The notes: generated by a model not told the origin, from the sequence alone. 64,000 bases of DNA from Candidatus Babelota bacterium (GCA_965658655.1 CBFHTA010000003.1:32001-96000), one strand, 5' to 3'. Shown: positions 39,465-49,600, counted from the stretch's first letter. Program-made: numbers and translations.

Positions 39465-41723
39465 ATGGAACAAAAAGAATTTTCATTTAAAGATTTTGTA
39501 AAAAATGATCTCAACCCCGAGCAACGCAAGGCGGTTAAGCATAAAAACGGTCCTCTGGTTGTTATTGCCGGTGCAGGGTCTGGAAAAACACGTGTGATTA
39601 CTGCACGGATTACCCAGTTGTTATTGGAAGAAGATCTACATCCTGCTCAGTTAGTTGCGCTTACCTTTACCAACAAAGCCGCTAACGAGATGAAAGAACG
39701 AATTATAAAGTTTGTAGGTAAAAAGTCTGGCATTCCGTTTATTGGCACATTCCACTCCTACTGCTTATATTTGCTCAAAACAAACACGCACTTACTGCCT
39801 TTTGATACGTTTTCTATTTTAGATGAAGATGACAAACGTTCCATTTTAAACAAACTATTAAAACAAAGTACCCTTCATAAAAAAAGCACCGCTCAGCAAC
39901 TTGCTTACCAAATATCAAAAATTAAAAACGACATTGCAGACCCAACTAAAGCCAGTTTTGACTCAGTAGAAAATGTTCCTCTACGCGAAATTTTTCAAGG
40001 ATACGAAAAAGAAAAAGCCGCAAGCAAATGTTTTGATTTTGACGATTTACTTATTGAAGCAACCAAATTATTTCACAAGAACCAAGAATTAAAACTCGCA
40101 CACCAAAACCAAGTTCGCCATCTTTTAGTTGACGAATATCAAGATACCAACCGCATTCAGCACGCGTTACTCAAACATATGGGGCTCGATGAAAATAAAA
40201 AATTAGCCGTTGATTCTATTTGCGTCGTGGGTGACGAAGACCAGTCAATTTACTCATGGCGTGGTGCAACAGTTGATAATATTATTAACTTTAAAAAAGA
40301 TTTTAAGGGCAGCAAGCTCATTAAAATTGAACAAAACTATCGATCTAAACAGCCAATTCTACACGTTGCCAACACTGTTATTACTCACAATAAAAAACGT
40401 AACGCAAAAAAATTATGGTCTTCTCGCGAAGGAGCAGACTGTGTGCGCTCACTTCAATGTCTCTCTGGGTACCAAGAAGCTGACATTATTGCACGGTACT
40501 GCAAACTACTCCACTCCCATAAAAAACTTGCCTCTACAGCGATCCTTTATCGAACTCACTTTCAATCTCGGGTACTTGAAGAAGCATTATTGCGGCATGC
40601 CATTCCCTATTTAATTATTGGCGGTATTCGATTCTATGAACGAAAAGAGATTAAAGACCTGGTTGCTTATTTACGTTTAGTCGTTAATCCATTTGACCGC
40701 GTAGCGTTTACTCGTATTGTAAATTGCCCTTCTCGTGGCCTAGGTGATAAATTCTTAGAACAGCTCTTTGAAGCATGGGATGCAGAGCCACTTTTAAACC
40801 TGCAGCAAATTGGTGGAAAAGTTATTACAGAAAAATTATTTCCGCCGGCAAAGACAGAATCCTTTCAAAGTTTTCTAGCGATTTATAATAACTTAACTGC
40901 TCAATCACCCGCTGCACAAACGCTAGCAGATGTTATTACCAAGAGTGGTTACCTTGCTTACTTGAAAAAAAGTTACGAGAAAAACGAATCAACCGAACGA
41001 CAAGAAAACATTAAAGAACTTTTAAACGCTGCTCACTATTTTGCCAGTCAAGGTAAAGCAACGGTAAGTGCATTTCTTGACGAAGTCACCCTTCTACAAG
41101 AGAAAGCTGACCTTGAACAAATAAAAGAAGACGGTGTTATGCTCATGACTATTCATGCAGCAAAAGGTTTAGAATTTAACAACGTGATCATTGCAGGCCT
41201 AGAAGAAAACCTCTTCCCATCAAGCCGTTCGCTTACAACACAAGAACAACTAGAAGAAGAACGACGTCTATTTTATGTAGGTATTACTCGTGCAAAGAAT
41301 AGACTTTTGTTAACACATTCTCGTTATCGACAAACGTATGGCCAAATGGAACAGCAAATTGGATCACGCTTCTTAGACGAAGTTCCGGTATCTTCATGCA
41401 AAGCTGCACAAGCACAACAATGGCAACAATACGAAGTTAATAATTTCTTCACACAATGGATTGGACTGCGTCAGGCAAACCCAGAAGTGTTTACCTTTAT
41501 GCCTCGTAAAGAAACATCTAGAGATAATATTCAATCGAAACAAGCAGTTCCAAAAACAACATCTTCTAAATCGTTCTTTAAAAAACATCAGACTATAAAA
41601 CATAAAAAGTTTGGCGTTGGCATTGTTAAAGAAGTGGAACAAAAGAAGTCAAAAACCTTTGTCACCGCTCATTTTAAAGTAGGTTTAAAAAAGATTGAAG
41701 CATCGTTTCTCGATGTTGTATAA
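39465..41723 (+). CDS. uvrD: UvrD/PcrA superfamily 1 DNA helicase
   Basis: AGAGSGKT, TFTNKAA, VDEYQDTN, VGDEDQSIYSWRGA, TIHAAKGLEF, EERRLFYVGITRA; C-terminal Tudor-like H.KFG.G. Confidence 0.95.
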   Translation: MEQKEFSFKDFVKNDLNPEQRKAVKHKNGPLVVIAGAGSGKTRVITARITQLLLEEDLHPAQLVALTFTNKAANEMKERIIKFVGKKSGIPFIGTFHSYCLYLLKTNTHLLPFDTFSILDEDDKRSILNKLLKQSTLHKKSTAQQLAYQISKIKNDIADPTKASFDSVENVPLREIFQGYEKEKAASKCFDFDDLLIEATKLFHKNQELKLAHQNQVRHLLVDEYQDTNRIQHALLKHMGLDENKKLAVDSICVVGDEDQSIYSWRGATVDNIINFKKDFKGSKLIKIEQNYRSKQPILHVANTVITHNKKRNAKKLWSSREGADCVRSLQCLSGYQEADIIARYCKLLHSHKKLASTAILYRTHFQSRVLEEALLRHAIPYLIIGGIRFYERKEIKDLVAYLRLVVNPFDRVAFTRIVNCPSRGLGDKFLEQLFEAWDAEPLLNLQQIGGKVITEKLFPPAKTESFQSFLAIYNNLTAQSPAAQTLADVITKSGYLAYLKKSYEKNESTERQENIKELLNAAHYFASQGKATVSAFLDEVTLLQEKADLEQIKEDGVMLMTIHAAKGLEFNNVIIAGLEENLFPSSRSLTTQEQLEEERRLFYVGITRAKNRLLLTHSRYRQTYGQMEQQIGSRFLDEVPVSSCKAAQAQQWQQYEVNNFFTQWIGLRQANPEVFTFMPRKETSRDNIQSKQAVPKTTSSKSFFKKHQTIKHKKFGVGIVKEVEQKKSKTFVTAHFKVGLKKIEASFLDVV

Positions 41724-41906
41724 CTAATCTTGATCTAAAAAACCAAGGTACAAGGTCCTAGTGGGATGCGGTGTATAAAAGCCATAGGCGTAGTGAATAA
41801 CACACACTGAAAAAAGCAAACTTAAACAAATAGTGGCAAATACTGGAAAGTAGTTATACATTAAGCAGACATATTTATTGTTATTTCGGCATGGTATTTT
41901 GTTCAT
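41724..41906 (-). CDS. Possible small single-pass membrane protein
   Basis: AAGGGA RBS, one hydrophobic segment, fills the trpS-uvrD gap. Confidence 0.35.
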   Translation of the reverse strand: MNKIPCRNNNKYVCLMYNYFPVFATICLSLLFSVCVIHYAYGFYTPHPTRTLYLGFLDQD

Positions 41907-41995
41907 AGTAATCCCTTCTTCCTAACCCTTTTCCTCGTTTCGTACAAGTACTTAAGTTAGCAAAAAGCAGAAGGTAATTTCTAGAGTTTTTTATT

Positions 41996-42997
41996 TTAAT
42001 AATTTAAGAACATCGCCTCTTTAACTTCTACAAGCGTTTTTTGCGTTACTTCATTAGCAACTTTTGTTCCTTCAAACAAGATTTTCATTACACCTGTTTT
42101 GTCTTTTTCGAATTCTTTTCGGCGTTCTCTCATTGGTTCTAAGAATGCATTAAGCACCTCTAGTAAATAGTTTTTAACAACCATGTCACCAAGACCACCC
42201 TTTTGATACTGGGCTTTAAGTTCTGCAACTTTTACAGTATCAGCATCAAAAGCATCCAAGTATTCAAATACTGTGTTACCTTCAATTTTGCCCGGATCTT
42301 CTACTCTCAAGTGATTTGGATCGGTGTACATACTTTTTACTTTTTTTGCCAATTCGTCTGGAGAATCTCCCAAGTAAATGCAATTCTTTAAAGACTTAGA
42401 CATTTTTGCCTGACCATCAAGTCCTGCAAGGCGAGCTATTTTAGGAACCAAGGGCTTTGCCTCTACCAACACATTTTTTTTATAAATTCTATTAAAAGAA
42501 CGCACCACTTCATTGGTCTGTTCAATCATAGGCAATTGGTCTTCACCCACAGGAACCAGGTTTGCTTTAAACGCAGTGATATCTGCAACTTGGCTGATTG
42601 GATACGTAAAAAACCCTACAGGCAAGCTCTTTTCCATGTCCTTCTGTTTAATCTCCGCCTTTACCGTTGGATTACGTTCAAGACGAGCAACAGTAACTAA
42701 GTTCATGTAATATTGCATAAGCTCAGGTAGCGCCGGAAGCTGAGATTGTAAGAAAATGGTGGTTTTTGCAGGGTCTATGCCTACAGCCAAATAGTCACAG
42801 ATAACCTCAAATACATTGTCTCTAACCTTCTCTGGATGCTCAAAATTGTCTGTCAGGGCCTGAACATCGGCAACCATTACATACTGGGTACATGAGTCCT
42901 GAAGCTTAATTCGATTGCCAAGAGAGCCTATAAAATGACCAAGATGTAATTTTCCTGTAGGTCGATCTCCAGTTAAAATAATGTCTTTTTTATCCAT
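41996..42997 (-). CDS. trpS: Tryptophan--tRNA ligase
   Basis: [25 protein letters not shown]; start set at MDKKD behind AGAGG. Confidence 0.96.
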   Translation of the reverse strand: MDKKDIILTGDRPTGKLHLGHFIGSLGNRIKLQDSCTQYVMVADVQALTDNFEHPEKVRDNVFEVICDYLAVGIDPAKTTIFLQSQLPALPELMQYYMNLVTVARLERNPTVKAEIKQKDMEKSLPVGFFTYPISQVADITAFKANLVPVGEDQLPMIEQTNEVVRSFNRIYKKNVLVEAKPLVPKIARLAGLDGQAKMSKSLKNCIYLGDSPDELAKKVKSMYTDPNHLRVEDPGKIEGNTVFEYLDAFDADTVKVAELKAQYQKGGLGDMVVKNYLLEVLNAFLEPMRERRKEFEKDKTGVMKILFEGTKVANEVTQKTLVEVKEAMFLNY

Positions 42998-43090
42998 AGG
43001 GGGCCTCTTTCTAGAGTAAATAAGCTTAAAACTCAATACTACCACAAATAGAACAAAAATCTTACCCATATTCAAAAAGCGCCTGCTGGA

Positions 43091-43271
43091 TTGACTTTTT
43101 ACCCTGCTGCTTTATCCTTGATTATAGATAACTTGAGAATGGAGTAGGTCCTAAATTATACTTTTTTTACGGCACTTTTTTAAAACCGAACTGCGGTTGC
43201 CAGGGGGACTCACTTGTTACTCAATCACCTATCCCGTAACTAAGTAAAAATTTATACTTTTAGGAACCCAT
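43091..43271 (+). promoter_or_regulatory. Promoter and long structured 5' leader of the DEAD-box helicase
   Basis: TTGACT-16-TATCCT, then about 145 nt with a long imperfect stem 43133-43152/43203-43224 and an inner hairpin. Confidence 0.5.
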
Positions 43272-44786
43272 ATGTCAGATACTAAATGCGAAAATTTAAA
43301 GAAAACATTTGATCAGCTCGGTCTATCTACGACCACACTTGCTGCACTTAAGAAAAAAGGCTTTGAATACCCAACGCCTATTCAGGCACTTACCATTCCA
43401 GCTTTACTTGAAGATAAAAAAGACATTGTAGGCCAAGCTCAAACCGGAACTGGGAAAACAGCAGCTTTTGGTTTACCATTAATCGATATGCTTTCAGAAA
43501 AAGCTGATGGAGTGAAGGCGATCATTCTTGCTCCAACACGTGAGCTCGCGATTCAAGTCGCAACAGAACTTGATTCTTTAAAAGGATCTAAAAAATTAAA
43601 CGTGCTTCCAGTATATGGTGGTCAGTCTATTACCGTACAACTTCAAAAATTACGTAAACAGGTAGACATTGTAGTAGGAACTCCTGGTCGTGTAATTGAT
43701 CATATTGAACGCGGTACACTTAAACTTAACAGTGTAACCAATGTAGTTCTTGATGAAGCAGATGAAATGCTTAACATGGGTTTTGCTCAAGACGTTAAAG
43801 CAATTTTAGACCACACACCAAAAGGCAAACGTGTGGTACTTTTCTCTGCAACTATGGCTCCAGAAATTTTAAAAATCGCTAAAAAACACATGGGCGATTA
43901 CGAAATATTAAAAGTGGCACAAACTCAAATTACTTGTAATGCCATTGAGCAAGTTTACTACGAAGTTTCTCCTCGTCAGCGTTTTAATGCATTATGCAGA
44001 ATTATTGATAGTGAAGAGCCTTTTTATGGATTAGTATTCTGCCGTACTAAACGAGACACAGAAACTGTTGCTCGTAAACTTTCTGAGTTTGGATACCATG
44101 CCGATGCACTTAATGGTGACATGTCTCAAAGTGCTCGTGAAAAAATCTTAGCTAAGTTTAAAAAACGTCAGATTTCTATTTTGGTTGCTACAGATGTTGC
44201 TGCTCGTGGTATTGACGTTCAAAATGTTTCTCATGTAGTAAACTACGCATTGCCAGAAGAACCAGAAGCATACGTTCATCGTATTGGTAGAACTGGACGT
44301 GCAGGAAAAACAGGAAAAGCTATCTCTTTTGCTGGCGGAGGTGACCGTAGAAAACTTCAAATGATTGAACGCAAAACAAAAGGCAAGATTAAACTAGTAG
44401 AACTGCCAACAGCAGAAGATATTATTGCCAACAAAAAAGACAACATGATCAATCAGATTAAAACAAGCTTAGAGAAAAACCCTCAAGAATATTACGTAAG
44501 CATTGCAAAACAATTACTCGAAGAAAAAGACGCAGAAGCAATTATTGCGATTCTTTTAAAACGTACGTTTGCAAGCAAGCTAGATCCTAAACGTTACACC
44601 ATGGAAGAAGAGAAAGCTCCAAAAAGTAGCGGCGAACGCAGCTCTCGTGGTGGCGGACGTCCAAGACGTCGTTCCAATAGCGACAGAGATTCAGGTGGAC
44701 GAAGAAGAAATTCAGATGGTGGTGGTTCTGGTAGAGGAAGAAAACGCTCTGGCGGATTTTCTCGAGGTAGAAAAAGAAGCTCATAA
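43272..44786 (+). CDS. DEAD-box RNA helicase (DeaD/CshA-like) with RG-rich tail
   Basis: Q motif PTPIQ, AQTGTGKT, PTRELA, DEAD, SAT, ARGID, HRIGRTGRAG. Confidence 0.96.
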   Translation: MSDTKCENLKKTFDQLGLSTTTLAALKKKGFEYPTPIQALTIPALLEDKKDIVGQAQTGTGKTAAFGLPLIDMLSEKADGVKAIILAPTRELAIQVATELDSLKGSKKLNVLPVYGGQSITVQLQKLRKQVDIVVGTPGRVIDHIERGTLKLNSVTNVVLDEADEMLNMGFAQDVKAILDHTPKGKRVVLFSATMAPEILKIAKKHMGDYEILKVAQTQITCNAIEQVYYEVSPRQRFNALCRIIDSEEPFYGLVFCRTKRDTETVARKLSEFGYHADALNGDMSQSAREKILAKFKKRQISILVATDVAARGIDVQNVSHVVNYALPEEPEAYVHRIGRTGRAGKTGKAISFAGGGDRRKLQMIERKTKGKIKLVELPTAEDIIANKKDNMINQIKTSLEKNPQEYYVSIAKQLLEEKDAEAIIAILLKRTFASKLDPKRYTMEEEKAPKSSGERSSRGGGRPRRRSNSDRDSGGRRRNSDGGGSGRGRKRSGGFSRGRKRSS

Positions 44787-44800
44787 AATCTAAAGTAAAA

Positions 44801-44854
44801 TTAGTAAAAAAAAGACATCTTGAACATTTATTCAAGATGTCTTTTTTTTACTAA
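44801..44854. terminator. Bidirectional terminator, perfect 24-bp inverted repeat
   Basis: TTAGTAAAAAAAAGACATCTTGAA-CATTTA-TTCAAGATGTCTTTTTTTTACTAA. Confidence 0.85.
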
Positions 44855-44865
44855 AACTAATGTAA

Positions 44866-45309
44866 TTATTTTACAGCAGGCACAGGAGAACGCAGAGAAG
44901 AGCGACTAGCAGGAGAAAAAGATGTAGGTCCACATGGTGAACCAGCATTAGTCGGTGTTTTAAATCCATCAATCTTTTTCATAGAAAAACCATTTCCATG
45001 AGCAACTTCTTCTAACACTGCCTTTTGCAACGCTTCAGGCAAAGATTTAAGACAATCAAATATAGTAGCCTTTACCTTTATTTTTTTTTCATTTTCTACA
45101 CTCATCTCCCAAGCTCTATATGCATCTTCTTGACTTTGCATAGGTCCGGGACCACCAAGCCAATCATCAGTTCCTACACAACAACCGCTACCAGCAGTTG
45201 TTCTATCATAATTTTCATAGTCAACATTAGCTGGAACAGCAGCGCTTAAATTTTGAGTCAGTGAACTTACTAAAAAAAGAACAATAAATTTTTTCATTTT
45301 TTCCCACAT
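44866..45309 (-). CDS. Secreted orphan protein with Ser/Pro-rich C-terminus
   Basis: MKKFIVLFLVSSLTQNLSA leader (likely start at the second Met). Confidence 0.7.
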   Translation of the reverse strand: MWEKMKKFIVLFLVSSLTQNLSAAVPANVDYENYDRTTAGSGCCVGTDDWLGGPGPMQSQEDAYRAWEMSVENEKKIKVKATIFDCLKSLPEALQKAVLEEVAHGNGFSMKKIDGFKTPTNAGSPCGPTSFSPASRSSLRSPVPAVK

Positions 45310-45457
45310 TGTTATAACTTAAATTACCAATACGGGGTTTTATCGTACACAGCTTTTATCCTTTTGTACAGCACATTTCTACCAATCATTGCTCTGCAAA
45401 GATGAGTGCGCTATTCTTAAAAAGAATGTTTAGTAATTTAAAAAAGGAGATACAAAT

Positions 45458-46294
45458 ATGTTCAACTCACCCTTCTGGTGGAATTGGTATATCTTCCGAT
45501 GGCAAGACATTATAGAAATTTTAGCGTTCTCAGGAGGTATCCTATACCTTTCTCTCTGGCTTAGGAGAGACACTTCAACACCATTGCTTGGTATTTTCTA
45601 TGGATACTGCACTATCTTTTTATCCGCTTACTATTTTGAACTTTTCACACTGAGCACTGCACTCTTAACCTTTGCTCCCATTACCGTTGCTGTTTGCTTA
45701 ATGCTCCATCAATCAACACTACAAAAAAATTTTATTGCTCTTCATGCCATTACCTCAACAGAAGATACATCCGACTGGGTAGATTTAGTTATCCGCTCAG
45801 CACTCGTTTCACTTGGAGAAAACAAACCGGTTACTGCTATCATTGAGAAAACTCAAGCATTAGACACGCTACTTACGTCTATATACCCTTTTGACTGCCA
45901 ATTCTCTGAAGGACTTTTCCAAGTTTTAATACATAGTAAAACATTCTCTTCAGACAACATGCTTTGGATAACCAACGCAGGAAAATTGCGAGCAATAAAC
46001 AGCAAATGGAAAAAAAGCTCAGTGGATGAATGGCTTGCTCAAGAAGTAAAAGAGCAAGAACAATGGCTCCAAGATGCACTTTTTTTTACCACTAGAACAG
46101 ATGCCTTATTCTTTAAACTGAACCCCAAAACAAGAACGTTTACACTTGTTGCTCAAGGTAAAATTTTACAACACGCTTCTGCCCACGCTGCTTTACGAAT
46201 GATAAAAAAATATCTTGGATTAAACGCTCAAGAGAAGGAAAACGATTATGCTCATCTCGAAAAAACCACATCTTCTGAACACACTCTCTCTTAG
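45458..46294 (+). CDS. CdaA/DacA-like membrane protein with a degenerate diadenylate cyclase domain
   Basis: AAGGAG RBS; three TM helices ending LMLHQSTLQKN (cf. IIFQPELRRA); DAC-like pattern IIEK...D...SE.L...D, TRTDAL, TLVAQG; synteny with cdaR-like gene and glmM. Confidence 0.75.
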   Translation: MFNSPFWWNWYIFRWQDIIEILAFSGGILYLSLWLRRDTSTPLLGIFYGYCTIFLSAYYFELFTLSTALLTFAPITVAVCLMLHQSTLQKNFIALHAITSTEDTSDWVDLVIRSALVSLGENKPVTAIIEKTQALDTLLTSIYPFDCQFSEGLFQVLIHSKTFSSDNMLWITNAGKLRAINSKWKKSSVDEWLAQEVKEQEQWLQDALFFTTRTDALFFKLNPKTRTFTLVAQGKILQHASAHAALRMIKKYLGLNAQEKENDYAHLEKTTSSEHTLS

Positions 46295-46616
46295 TATAGT
46301 ATCTTTAATTTTAGGATACTCGTTATGGCAAGCAATGAGCCAACCGTATACATTACATACCGTAATCACTGTACCTATCTCATTTTACAATACAGAAAAT
46401 TTAGCAATTGTAGCACCAGAGACAATCTCTTTACGCTTACAAGGTACACGCACAGATTTATATAAAACAATTTCAAACCTTGCACTTCATTACGATGCAG
46501 CACAACTAGAGACAGGAACACACACGCTTAAAGTTACCCACGAAAATTTATTTTTACCTGACTCTGTCCTCTTGCTACACTATTTGCCAATAGAAGTCAC
46601 AGTTACCAAAACATAA
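46248..46616 (+). CDS. CdaR/YbbR-like single-domain membrane-anchored protein
   Basis: SLILGYSLW anchor, then VPISFYN, PETISLRLQG, LETGTHTLKV, LPDSV pattern; between the cdaA-like gene and glmM. Confidence 0.7.
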   Translation: MLISKKPHLLNTLSLSIVSLILGYSLWQAMSQPYTLHTVITVPISFYNTENLAIVAPETISLRLQGTRTDLYKTISNLALHYDAAQLETGTHTLKVTHENLFLPDSVLLLHYLPIEVTVTKT

Positions 46617-46628
46617 ATAAGGAACGTA

Positions 46629-47942
46629 ATGCACGCAACATTGTTTGGCACCGACGGTATAAGAAAAACCATGGGACAAGAACCCTTGACCACTTCAAGT
46701 CTTATGAAGCTAGGTAACGCCATTGGCTATTGGATGACACATCATAATAAAACAAAGGTTGCCATTGCACACGACACTCGTCTTTCCTGTCCACTGATAA
46801 AAGCAGCTCTTAAAAGTGGACTTTTGCTCTATCCTCTAGAAATTTCTGACTTGCACATACTCCCTACTCCTGCACTTTTTACTACGATTGAAAAAGGCAT
46901 TGCAGATGTAGGAATTATGATCACCGCTTCTCATAATCAACATAAAGATAATGGGCTCAAAATTTTTACACAAGAAACAGGAAAAACCACATTAATGCAA
47001 GAAAAAGAACTCTCTAAACTCTTTTACACATTACCTTCTTTAGTTTCTTCTTATGAGCATATTGGCAGCGAAACACAACCCTCCAATCCATCTATTGCAT
47101 ATCAAGAAAAACTATTACAGTATTTTGAAAAAAACTTTTTAAAAAACAGAACCATAGTACTCGATTGTGCTCACGGTGCCTACTTTAAACTTGCTCCTAC
47201 ATTGCTTAGAGTTTTGGGTGCAAAAGTTATTACTCTTTCAGATAAACCAACTGGCAAAAACATTAATTTAAACTGCGGATCACAATATCCTGAACAACTA
47301 CAAAAGACAGTACTCAAACACAAAGCAGACTTAGGCTTTGCATTTGATGGAGACGGAGATCGTGTAGTGATGGTAGATGACAAAGGAAAACTCTACAATG
47401 GAGATCATATTTTAGCTTTGTTGCTCAATAATCCTACATACAAAGACCAAACAACCATTGTAAGTACCATCATGGCAAATCAAGGGCTAGATAATCATCT
47501 TGCACAACAAAATAAAACATTAGAACGCACTGCTGTTGGAGACAAAAACGTACTCAAACGTATGCAAGAACTTAACTGTTTAGTGGGAGGAGAACCGTCT
47601 GGACACATTATCTTACGAGACTTCAACCAAACTTCTGACGGTCTTTTTACCGCACTCAGACTAGCAGAAACTGTTATAAACTCACCTCTTGAAACGTTTA
47701 AAAATTATCCACAAGTGCTCATCAATGTTCCCATTGAACTCAAAAAAGACTTATCCCTCAATCCCTACGCAGCCATTATAAAAAAACACCAACAACAGTT
47801 AGTTGATGGAAGACTTATTGTTAGATATTCGGGAACAGAACCAATATTACGTGTTATGATAGAAGACCAAACCAAAGAGCATGCACAAAACATTGGTGCA
47901 CTTTTATCGCAAGAATTAACCGCAACTCTTGCCCAGGAATGA
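46629..47942 (+). CDS. glmM: Phosphoglucosamine mutase
   Basis: LFGTDGIR, ITASHN, AFDGDGDR, GGEPSGH, VRYSGTEP. Confidence 0.92.
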   Translation: MHATLFGTDGIRKTMGQEPLTTSSLMKLGNAIGYWMTHHNKTKVAIAHDTRLSCPLIKAALKSGLLLYPLEISDLHILPTPALFTTIEKGIADVGIMITASHNQHKDNGLKIFTQETGKTTLMQEKELSKLFYTLPSLVSSYEHIGSETQPSNPSIAYQEKLLQYFEKNFLKNRTIVLDCAHGAYFKLAPTLLRVLGAKVITLSDKPTGKNINLNCGSQYPEQLQKTVLKHKADLGFAFDGDGDRVVMVDDKGKLYNGDHILALLLNNPTYKDQTTIVSTIMANQGLDNHLAQQNKTLERTAVGDKNVLKRMQELNCLVGGEPSGHIILRDFNQTSDGLFTALRLAETVINSPLETFKNYPQVLINVPIELKKDLSLNPYAAIIKKHQQQLVDGRLIVRYSGTEPILRVMIEDQTKEHAQNIGALLSQELTATLAQE

Positions 47943-48571
47943 AAATGAAAAAAACATCTTTTTTTGAAACAATATACAATTTGATAAAATCATTTTTTAT
48001 CAATGGGTTGTTAACTCTGCTCCCTATTGTCATAACCCTTAGTTTCTTTTCGTTTACTTTTAGAATTATTAAAGCTTGGCTTGCTCCATTACAAAAGCTT
48101 GATATACCCTATATCAATTTGATTCCTCATGGCGAAATTATACTTGTGGTTGTAGCTATTTTTACTGCCGGCATAGTTTTGCGATCTTTCATTGTTCAAT
48201 CAGTTGTTAGTTTATTTGAGTTAGTACTCTCAAACGTTCCAATCATCTATCCAGTCTACAATGGTGTAAAGCAACTACTACATGCTTTTTCCCCAAGTGG
48301 AAAAGAAACATTTAAGCAAGTAGTGTTGGTTGAATTCCCATTGAAAGGAACCTACTGTTTAGGATTTTTAACAAGCGAACTTAAAACAGAATTATCTCCA
48401 AATAAAAAGGAGCCGTTTTACAATATTTTTGTACCAACGACTCCAAATCCTACTACCGGTTATTTTGTGATAGTCCCCGCTCAAAACTTTACTCCTGTTG
48501 ACTTAACAACCGAAGAAGCAATGGCACTTATTATTTCTGGCGGCATTATTCAACCGGATAGATTTAAATAA
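47939..48571 (+). CDS. DUF502-family membrane protein
   Basis: GLLTLLPIVIT, VVLVEFP, FVPTTPNPTTG, EEA...IISGG. Confidence 0.88.
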   Translation: MKMKKTSFFETIYNLIKSFFINGLLTLLPIVITLSFFSFTFRIIKAWLAPLQKLDIPYINLIPHGEIILVVVAIFTAGIVLRSFIVQSVVSLFELVLSNVPIIYPVYNGVKQLLHAFSPSGKETFKQVVLVEFPLKGTYCLGFLTSELKTELSPNKKEPFYNIFVPTTPNPTTGYFVIVPAQNFTPVDLTTEEAMALIISGGIIQPDRFK

Positions 48572-48575
48572 AAGA

Positions 48576-49022
48576 CTAAACTTTTAAAGCACGATTAGAT
48601 TGCCCGGAAATACCTGAACGACTACTTTGATTATAATCAGTTCTTTGTACACGAGTATGAAGTTTGTGCTTAGGAAGTTTTTTAGATCTTCTTTTTTCTT
48701 CAAGTTTTGCTGCTTCTTCTGCTAGTTTAGCAAAATCAAAAGGAATTTTTTCTTCTCTTAAATCTCGAAACGATTCATCGATAAAATTGCTCCCATCTAA
48801 AACCCCTAAAAATCCACCTGCTCGTGGAGTAGAAGGCTCTTCCTCTTTTGCTACAGATGATTTCACATATCCATTTCTAGAAGCTCTTACTCGTCGTCCC
48901 TGAACTATTCGCGGTTTACCATACATTTTAAAAAGTCTATCTTGTACCTTTTTTTCTTCTTCCCCTGCTTGAATGCCCATAATCGTAAGTAATAAAATAC
49001 TTAACACTTTCTGGTTAATCAC
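48576..49022 (-). CDS. Secreted basic orphan protein
   Basis: AAGG RBS, GTG start; MINQKVLSILLLTIMGIQA leader; KRRSKK cluster. Confidence 0.7.
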   Translation of the reverse strand: MINQKVLSILLLTIMGIQAGEEEKKVQDRLFKMYGKPRIVQGRRVRASRNGYVKSSVAKEEEPSTPRAGGFLGVLDGSNFIDESFRDLREEKIPFDFAKLAEEAAKLEEKRRSKKLPKHKLHTRVQRTDYNQSSRSGISGQSNRALKV

Positions 49023-49189
49023 TAATGCCTTCCTTATTGTTTATTATACAAATTGATCACACTTTTTTTGCGTTTTTTTCTTCTTGGTAATTTGTATCAC
49101 TATTTAATTTATCATTCCTTGAATCTCACTCAAAGTACTCTACAAACAACAAAAACTATGTCCTTGTTCACCTTATTTTCTTTTAGTAG

Positions 49190-49477
49190 CTATTTTTCTT
49201 TTTTCCCTCTTTTTTTCCTTGCAGCTTCTGCAGAAGCTGCAATTGCCGCCTCTCTTTGTGCAACTCGAGTCCCCTTTTTACCCAGTTGATAAAACCTTTG
49301 TTTCGCTTCAAGATCATCTAGATCTAGCAATACAGGTTTCTTACTTTGATTTACTAAATCTCGCCACTCTTTTTTTTCTTGTTTAGAAGCACCTTTGGGT
49401 GGTTTTTTCCCCTTTGGACAAAATACAGTGGTCGTTGCTGCAATTAATAAAACAGAAAATAATAATTTTTTATTCAT
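49190..49477 (-). CDS. Small secreted Lys-rich orphan protein
   Basis: MNKKLLFSVLLIAATTTVFC leader; AAGGTG RBS. Confidence 0.7.
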   Translation of the reverse strand: MNKKLLFSVLLIAATTTVFCPKGKKPPKGASKQEKKEWRDLVNQSKKPVLLDLDDLEAKQRFYQLGKKGTRVAQREAAIAASAEAARKKRGKKEK

Positions 49478-49571
49478 ATAATTAACTCACCTTATAAAAA
49501 TTATCACATAGAATTAATAAGGCATTAAATGTACCATTATAAGCAAAAAAAACAAATGACTTTTCTGTAAT

Positions 49572-49600
49572 AAAAAAGAGGCTTTTGTTACAAAGCCTCT
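49572..49600 (-). terminator. Rho-independent terminator
   Basis: Minus AGAGGCTTTG-TAA-CAAAAGCCTCTTTTTT. Confidence 0.7.

Noticed and set aside
42998..43075. Signal-peptide-like extension on TrpRS
   Set aside because: An RBS sits before MDKKD at 42997 and the extension runs through AT-rich intergenic/promoter DNA; TrpRS is cytosolic.
20286..43118. Apparent genome-wide preference for 16-nt promoter spacers
   Set aside because: Five candidates have 16 nt but about as many have 17 nt, and hand-picked hexamers in AT-rich DNA are unreliable without TSS data.
44801..44854. 24-bp perfect inverted repeat as a MITE or CRISPR unit
   Set aside because: Single copy between convergent genes with A/T tracts on both sides, typical of a bidirectional terminator.
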